In this document: positions 57,991 through 64,000 of the stretch, piece by piece
Numbering within the stretch: position 1 is the first letter of the stretch
Layout: every line of letters starts with the position of its first letter
Source of the DNA: Camelus dromedarius
Lineage: Eukaryota
Direction of reading: 5' to 3'
DNA: 64,000 bases
Assembly (NCBI RefSeq): GCF_036321535.1
Contig: NC_087472.1
Span: forward strand, 90,770,001 to 90,834,000
Position numbers and translations under genes: made by a program
Notes under the pieces: generated by a model
What the model saw: the letters and a program-made list of their open reading frames with translations, nothing else
The model's database searches: none
What the model was told of the DNA's origin: nothing

Positions 57991-60886
57991 GCCTCTCTGC
58001 CTCTCTGCCTCTCTGCCTCTCTGCCTCTCTGCCTCTCTGCCTCTCTGCCTCTCTGCCTCTCTGCCTCTCTGCCTCTCTGCCTCTCTGCCTCTCTGCCTCT
58101 CTGCCTCTCTGCCTCTCTGCCTCTCTGCCTCTCTGCCTCTCTGCCTCTCTGCCTCTCTGCCTCTCTGCCTCTCTGCCTCTCTGCCTCTCTGCCTCTCTGC
58201 CTCTCTGCCTCTCTGCCTCTCTGCCTCTCTGCCTCTCTGCCTCTCTGCCTCTCTGCCTCTCTGCCTCTCTGCCTCTCTGCCTCTCTGCCTCTCTGCCTCT
58301 CTGCCTCTCTGCCTCTCTGCCTCTCTGCCTCTCTGCCTCTCTGCCTCTCTGCCTCTCTGCCTCTCTGCCTCTCTGCCTCTCTGCCTCTCTGCCTCTCTGC
58401 CTCTCTGCCTCTCTGCCTCTCTGCCTCTCTGCCTCTCTGCCTCTCTGCCTCTCTGCCTCTCTGCCTCTCTGCCTCTCTGCCTCTCTGCCTCTCTGCCTCT
58501 CTGCCTCTCTGCCTCTCTGCCTCTCTGCCTCTCTGCCTCTCTGCCTCTCTGCCTCTCTGCCTCTCTGCCTCTCTGCCTCTCTGCCTCTCTGCCTCTCTGC
58601 CTCTCTGCCTCTCTGCCTCTCTGCCTCTCTGCCTCTCTGCCTCTCTGCCTCTCTGCCTCTCTGCCTCTCTGCCTCTCTGCCTCTCTGCCTCTCTGCCTCT
58701 CTGCCTCTCTGCCTCTCTGCCTCTCTGCCTCTCTGCCTCTCTGCCTCTCTGCCTCTCTGCCTCTCTGCCTCTCTGCCTCTCTGCCTCTCTGCCTCTCTGC
58801 CTCTCTGCCTCTCTGCCTCTCTGCCTCTCTGCCTCTCTGCCTCTCTGCCTCTCTGCCTCTCTGCCTCTCTGCCTCTCTGCCTCTCTGCCTCTCTGCCTCT
58901 CTGCCTCTCTGCCTCTCTGCCTCTCTGCCTCTCTGCCTCTCTGCCTCTCTGCCTCTCTGCCTCTCTGCCTCTCTGCCTCTCTGCCTCTCTGCCTCTCTGC
59001 CTCTCTGCCTCTCTGCCTCTCTGCCTCTCTGCCTCTCTGCCTCTCTGCCTCTCTGCCTCTCTGCCTCTCTGCCTCTCTGCCTCTCTGCCTCTCTGCCTCT
59101 CTGCCTCTCTGCCTCTCTGCCTCTCTGCCTCTCTGCCTCTCTGCCTCTCTGCCTCTCTGCCTCTCTGCCTCTCTGCCTCTCTGCCTCTCTGCCTCTCTGC
59201 CTCTCTGCCTCTCTGCCTCTCTGCCTCTCTGCCTCTCTGCCTCTCTGCCTCTCTGCCTCTCTGCCTCTCTGCCTCTCTGCCTCTCTGCCTCTCTGCCTCT
59301 CTGCCTCTCTGCCTCTCTGCCTCTCTGCCTCTCTGCCTCTCTGCCTCTCTGCCTCTCTGCCTCTCTGCCTCTCTGCCTCTCTGCCTCTCTGCCTCTCTGC
59401 CTCTCTGCCTCTCTGCCTCTCTGCCTCTCTGCCTCTCTGCCTCTCTGCCTCTCTGCCTCTCTGCCTCTCTGCCTCTCTGCCTCTCTGCCTCTCTGCCTCT
59501 CTGCCTCTCTGCCTCTCTGCCTCTCTGCCTCTCTGCCTCTCTGCCTCTCTGCCTCTCTGCCTCTCTGCCTCTCTGCCTCTCTGCCTCTCTGCCTCTCTGC
59601 CTCTCTGCCTCTCTGCCTCTCTGCCTCTCTGCCTCTCTGCCTCTCTGCCTCTCTGCCTCTCTGCCTCTCTGCCTCTCTGCCTCTCTGCCTCTCTGCCTCT
59701 CTGCCTCTCTGCCTCTCTGCCTCTCTGCCTCTCTGCCTCTCTGCCTCTCTGCCTCTCTGCCTCTCTGCCTCTCTGCCTCTCTGCCTCTCTGCCTCTCTGC
59801 CTCTCTGCCTCTCTGCCTCTCTGCCTCTCTGCCTCTCTGCCTCTCTGCCTCTCTGCCTCTCTGCCTCTCTGCCTCTCTGCCTCTCTGCCTCTCTGCCTCT
59901 CTGCCTCTCTGCCTCTCTGCCTCTCTGCCTCTCTGCCTCTCTGCCTCTCTGCCTCTCTGCCTCTCTGCCTCTCTGCCTCTCTGCCTCTCTGCCTCTCTGC
60001 CTCTCTGCCTCTCTGCCTCTCTGCCTCTCTGCCTCTCTGCCTCTCTGCCTCTCTGCCTCTCTGCCTCTCTGCCTCTCTGCCTCTCTGCCTCTCTGCCTCT
60101 CTGCCTCTCTGCCTCTCTGCCTCTCTGCCTCTCTGCCTCTCTGCCTCTCTGCCTCTCTGCCTCTCTGCCTCTCTGCCTCTCTGCCTCTCTGCCTCTCTGC
60201 CTCTCTGCCTCTCTGCCTCTCTGCCTCTCTGCCTCTCTGCCTCTCTGCCTCTCTGCCTCTCTGCCTCTCTGCCTCTCTGCCTCTCTGCCTCTCTGCCTCT
60301 CTGCCTCTCTGCCTCTCTGCCTCTCTGCCTCTCTGCCTCTCTGCCTCTCTGCCTCTCTGCCTCTCTGCCTCTCTGCCTCTCTGCCTCTCTGCCTCTCTGC
60401 CTCTCTGCCTCTCTGCCTCTCTGCCTCTCTGCCTCTCTGCCTCTCTGCCTCTCTGCCTCTCTGCCTCTCTGCCTCTCTGCCTCTCTGCCTCTCTGCCTCT
60501 CTGCCTCTCTGCCTCTCTGCCTCTCTGCCTCTCTGCCTCTCTGCCTCTCTGCCTCTCTGCCTCTCTGCCTCTCTGCCTCTCTGCCTCTCTGCCTCTCTGC
60601 CTCTCTGCCTCTCTGCCTCTCTGCCTCTCTGCCTCTCTGCCTCTCTGCCTCTCTGCCTCTCTGCCTCTCTGCCTCTCTGCCTCTCTGCCTCTCTGCCTCT
60701 CTGCCTCTCTGCCTCTCTGCCTCTCTGCCTCTCTGCCTCTCTGCCTCTCTGCCTCTCTGCCTCTCTGCCTCTCTGCCTCTCTGCCTCTCTGCCTCTCTGC
60801 CTCTCTGCCTCTCTGCCTCTCTGCCTCTCTGCCTCTCTGCCTCTCTGCCTCTCTGCCTCTCTGCCTCTCTGCCTCTCTGCCTCTCT
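57991..60886 (+). repeat. (GCCTCTCT)n octamer tandem array, 362 units, 2896 bp
   Basis: The 8-bp period holds without visible variants; phase at 57991 and 60871 differs by exactly 360 units; partial GCCT units flank both ends. Confidence 0.97.
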
Positions 60887-60887
60887 G

Positions 60888-61189
60888 CCTGCCTCGAACC
60901 TACAACCTCCTGCTTACTAGTCCTAGCTCTCTACCCCTAACCTACAGGCTCTCACTAGCTACCTGAGTTTCCCCTCACTCACCTTTATCTCCTCAACTAA
61001 CAAACGGTGCTGAATTCCTAGTGCCTCAGCCTGGGTTGCACCTGAGGAACCAGGGACCCAGCATCCTCCTTCAGCTGTGGGAGATAAACCTGACTTGACT
61101 CGGGGAAACTGAGGTAGCTAGCGAGAGCCTGTAGCTCAGGGGCAGAGAGCATGGCTGGCAAGCAGGAGGTCCTAGGTTCAAGCCGCAGG
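60888..61189. other. ~300 bp imperfect inverted repeat (arms 60888-61029 and 61042-61189, 12-nt loop)
   Basis: Left arm gaacctacaacctcctgctt...ctacaggctctcactagctacctgagtttcccc...gtgcctcag aligns end to end with the reverse complement of the right arm gaacctaggacctcctgctt...ctacaggctctcgctagctacctcagtttcccc...gttcctcag. Confidence 0.92.
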
Positions 61190-61211
61190 GGAAGGACAGA
61201 GGAGAGTTTTT
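61132..61211 (+). promoter_or_regulatory. tRNA-Ala-like Pol III internal promoter (A box 61132-61142, B box 61175-61184) with TTTTT terminator 61207-61211
   Basis: TAGCTCAGGGG...GGTTCAAGCC. Ungapped 44/57 identity (hand count) to the head of the SINE at 4147-4243. Confidence 0.65.
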
Positions 61212-61559
61212 GCTGGAAGCAGAAAGCAAATTTCATTTTTACATGAGTGCAGTAAGTCCTACATACCTTCCTAAGTTGCTGTCTATACGTATGAACTTTC
61301 CCAAAAGGTCCCAATTAACTTATGGGCCTGATTTCCCCAACAGACTTCTCTGGACTTGATACACACTGATTCACCATTAGGATCAAAAGTTACATCTCAC
61401 CCATCCTTTTGCTCAGTCACAATGATCACAGGTAGACGGTTGGTGAATGCATAATTCTGGCCACTGTTTGACTTGACTTGCCATAATGCCACGTAGACCA
61501 GAACAGCCATCTGCTAGGTTTTCAGGTTGTAATTCTGCCCGTGGGTGTAGAGGTATGCC

Positions 61560-62415
61560 CGATAGTAATACCCAAAACACAAAGACTTAAGACAGTCCCT
61601 CCAAGTTGACTATCCAAAGTTGAATTAAGCCTAGATGAAAATAAAATGATAGAAGAATACAACCAAAATTGTAAGGATGTTTAAGATCCTCTAAGACATA
61701 CTTAAGGAAATACTATTTATTAAGATAACAAGAAATTAAGAAACAAAGCAATGAAGAACAGATGCATCTGAAAGCCATTTTTGGAAATAAGAACTATAAT
61801 CAGTGAAGCTACTGCACTCAAAGGACAAGATAAATTCTAGGCTGCACCCAGTCAAAGGAAATTAAAAGATGATTCTGAGGACTTTATATAATATTTAAAA
61901 AAACAGATAAACAGAAATCGGTAATAAAGAAAAATGGGGGAGTGACCACAAGGCTTGAAAATATACCTGGTAGAAGTTTCAGAAGAAGAGAATGGAGATG
62001 CAGAGAAGCAGTATGTGAAGCTGTAAGAGCTGAGAATCTTCCAGAACTGGAGTGATGTGAGCCTTTAAGGAAATGGTCTCCAGAGAGAAATTTTAAACAT
62101 CTGGGAAGGCCTGTGTAGAGCAATTGGTATTCTTTACAACTCAGCTTTGGGAAGCCCTGGCTGAGTTCAAATGTTATATTTTTCACAGGAAAACATAACA
62201 GAAATGCAGTGTGTTGTATATGCTTAAACCGTGGTTTCTAAACAAGGACACTTAGAAATAACTCAGTAAAGGAGAGCTGTGTGGAAGAACCTGACCCAGA
62301 GGAAGACCTCTCTAGAAAAGGTAGTCTCCTGTCAGTGACCCTGTGAAAAGCAGGCAGGAAGACAATAATCATTTGTTGTACTATCCTGAAGTCCATGTCT
62401 AAAGACACCGTTTTC

Positions 62416-62449
<34 letters not shown>

Positions 62450-64000
62450 CAGCTTTCAAAAAGGATTTCGTGGGTGACCCGATCTGATAGAAGAATTCTG
62501 AAGAGGAGTCCATAAAAAGATGTCATCAGTTGGGATATTTCAGTGAAGGTGGATTTCTTATAGTCAATACTTCAATGGAAAAAAAGTAAAAGATAATTCC
62601 TATCAAATGAAACCTTGTGAACACTGGATGCTGCTTCAGATTCATGACAACATTTAGGTAATTATCATTTAAATGGTCAGAAATGGGATGTAATTAATGT
62701 GAACAACTACGTACACTGGTTCACACCCAGAGGACCGATGTGCAGAATCTGGCCAAGGGAAAACTTATTTTGATAAATTTCTTATTACTGCTTTGTCAAC
62801 GCAGATTGCTGTGAAACAAACTGCACATATAACTCTCCTTGAAGATTGATAGCAAGTAGGATTTTAATCAATACAGATAGGAGATTACATTTCCTGTAAA
62901 TGGAAAAGATCATAGATTTTCCTGCATGACTTTAAACAAATTCCTAGAAAACTTGTAACGTTAGGTACAGGGTAGAGCTTTAAACAAACAAAAGACAGCA
63001 CAGATTGGATTGAAATAAAATCTTCCATGTAGAGAGTGACCATTTTAAAACTGGGCATCTTGGAAGACAAGCCATCCCCTGCGGAACGTTCATTCCAGGT
63101 ACGAAACAACAGAAGATCCCATGTCACTAACAGGAAACCTGGTTATGAGACTGTCTTCCTTTCTCAAACTGGACAATGGGAAAACCCTTCTTGCCGACCC
63201 ACCACTTGCGTCGCATGTCTTTTCTTGTAGATAGAGATCTCCCACATTTGTGGATAGGACATTCTCTCACCTGATAAAATGTCATCTGTGAAGAACAGAA
63301 ATCTTTCCTCTTATTTTGGTACTTATCATAACTAGAAGAAACATATCAAGAGTTCTAATCAGTCACTGGGTATCAAAAGACAGAAGTGTCCTTAATCGGA
63401 AATGCATTCTCAGCAATTCTAAAGCAAGAAGGAAATCTATAACCCTAAATGTACTTATTAAGAAGCATAAAAAGAAAAAAGAAATGACTTAAGCATTCAA
63501 ACTGAAAAGCTAGAGGAAAATCCACAGTAAGTTACAGAACATTAACGGACATACAAGGAGACTAGAATAACTGAAGAGCTTCACCACGTTCCTGGATGTG
63601 AAGACTCAATAACACGAAGTCAGTTCTTCCCAGTTTAATTTATACATTCAATGTGATTCAAGCACCAGATTTCAACAAGGATTCTCATGAAATAGGAAAT
63701 TTTGACACTAAAATCATAGGCATAATCAGATAGATCTGAAGAGCCAAGACAATTTGGAGGCAGAACAAGTGGGACTGAGAGGGCCTGCCAGACAGCAGTG
63801 TATTTAAATACATAGTGTGGAATCTGCACAGGGACACAGATAAACAAGCAGAAGAGAATTGCTCAGAAGCACACTAGTGTACTTCTGGATGCTGGATGTA
63901 TTGTAGAAATACCATAGAAATCAGTGGGGGAAAGGTGGACTATACAATTAAATGGGCTAGCTTAGGAAGTTATCTTTGTGCGGGGGGTAAAATAAGGTTT
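61560..64000 (+). mobile_element. Degraded old L1 fragments (ORF1-like ~61600-62090, ORF2-like ~63000-64000)
   Basis: A-rich with agctgagaatcttccagaact, aatttatacattcaatg.gatt and atcagtgggggaaaggtggactatacaattaaatgg L1 motifs; interrupted, no ORF. Confidence 0.6.

Noticed and set aside
57991..60886. CRISPR array or interstitial telomere
   Set aside because: There are no spacers, the context is eukaryotic, and the unit is unrelated to TTAGGG.
57687..60940. Two ORFs of >1000 aa consisting of (CLSASLPL)n
   Set aside because: They arise because the octamer contains no stop codon in any frame. They are intronic, have no domain, and the flanks are low complexity. Repeat-associated translation cannot be excluded but nothing supports it.
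61042..61110. Hammerhead ribozyme core (CUGAGGA...GAAA) inside the hairpin
   Set aside because: I could not build convincing stems I-III around the motifs. An Infernal/Rfam search would settle it.
61125..61195. Possible functional tRNA-Ala gene
   Set aside because: A and B boxes are present, but the acceptor, anticodon and T stems do not pair properly; it is tRNA-derived, not a tRNA.

Overview
Mammalian genomic DNA covering the 3' part of the dystrophin gene (DMD) on the + strand. Ten coding exons match human exons 65-74 in size (202, 86, 158, 167, 112, 137, 39, 66, 66, 159 bp), all with canonical AG/GT borders. They splice into one open frame encoding the EF-hand region, the ZZ zinc finger and the start of the C-terminal syntrophin-binding/coiled-coil region. 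Two tRNA-Ala-derived SINEs resembling Vic-1 suggest a camelid (inference). The introns hold ordinary old repeats (L1, L2, L3/CR1, MIR, MER20, MER5A, LTR/ERV remnants). The one unusual structure is a ~3.35 kb composite in intron 74 (57854-61211). In order, it contains a purine tract, a perfect palindrome, an apparently perfect 362-copy (GCCTCTCT)n array and a ~300 bp inverted repeat. The inverted repeat is built from two divergent tRNA-like heads with Pol III A/B boxes. Its mismatches mostly read as G-U wobbles on the minus strand, and one head carries the complement of the array unit. This could be an undescribed composite retroelement or structured-RNA unit. All repeat-family names come from recalled consensus sequences, not from a database search.
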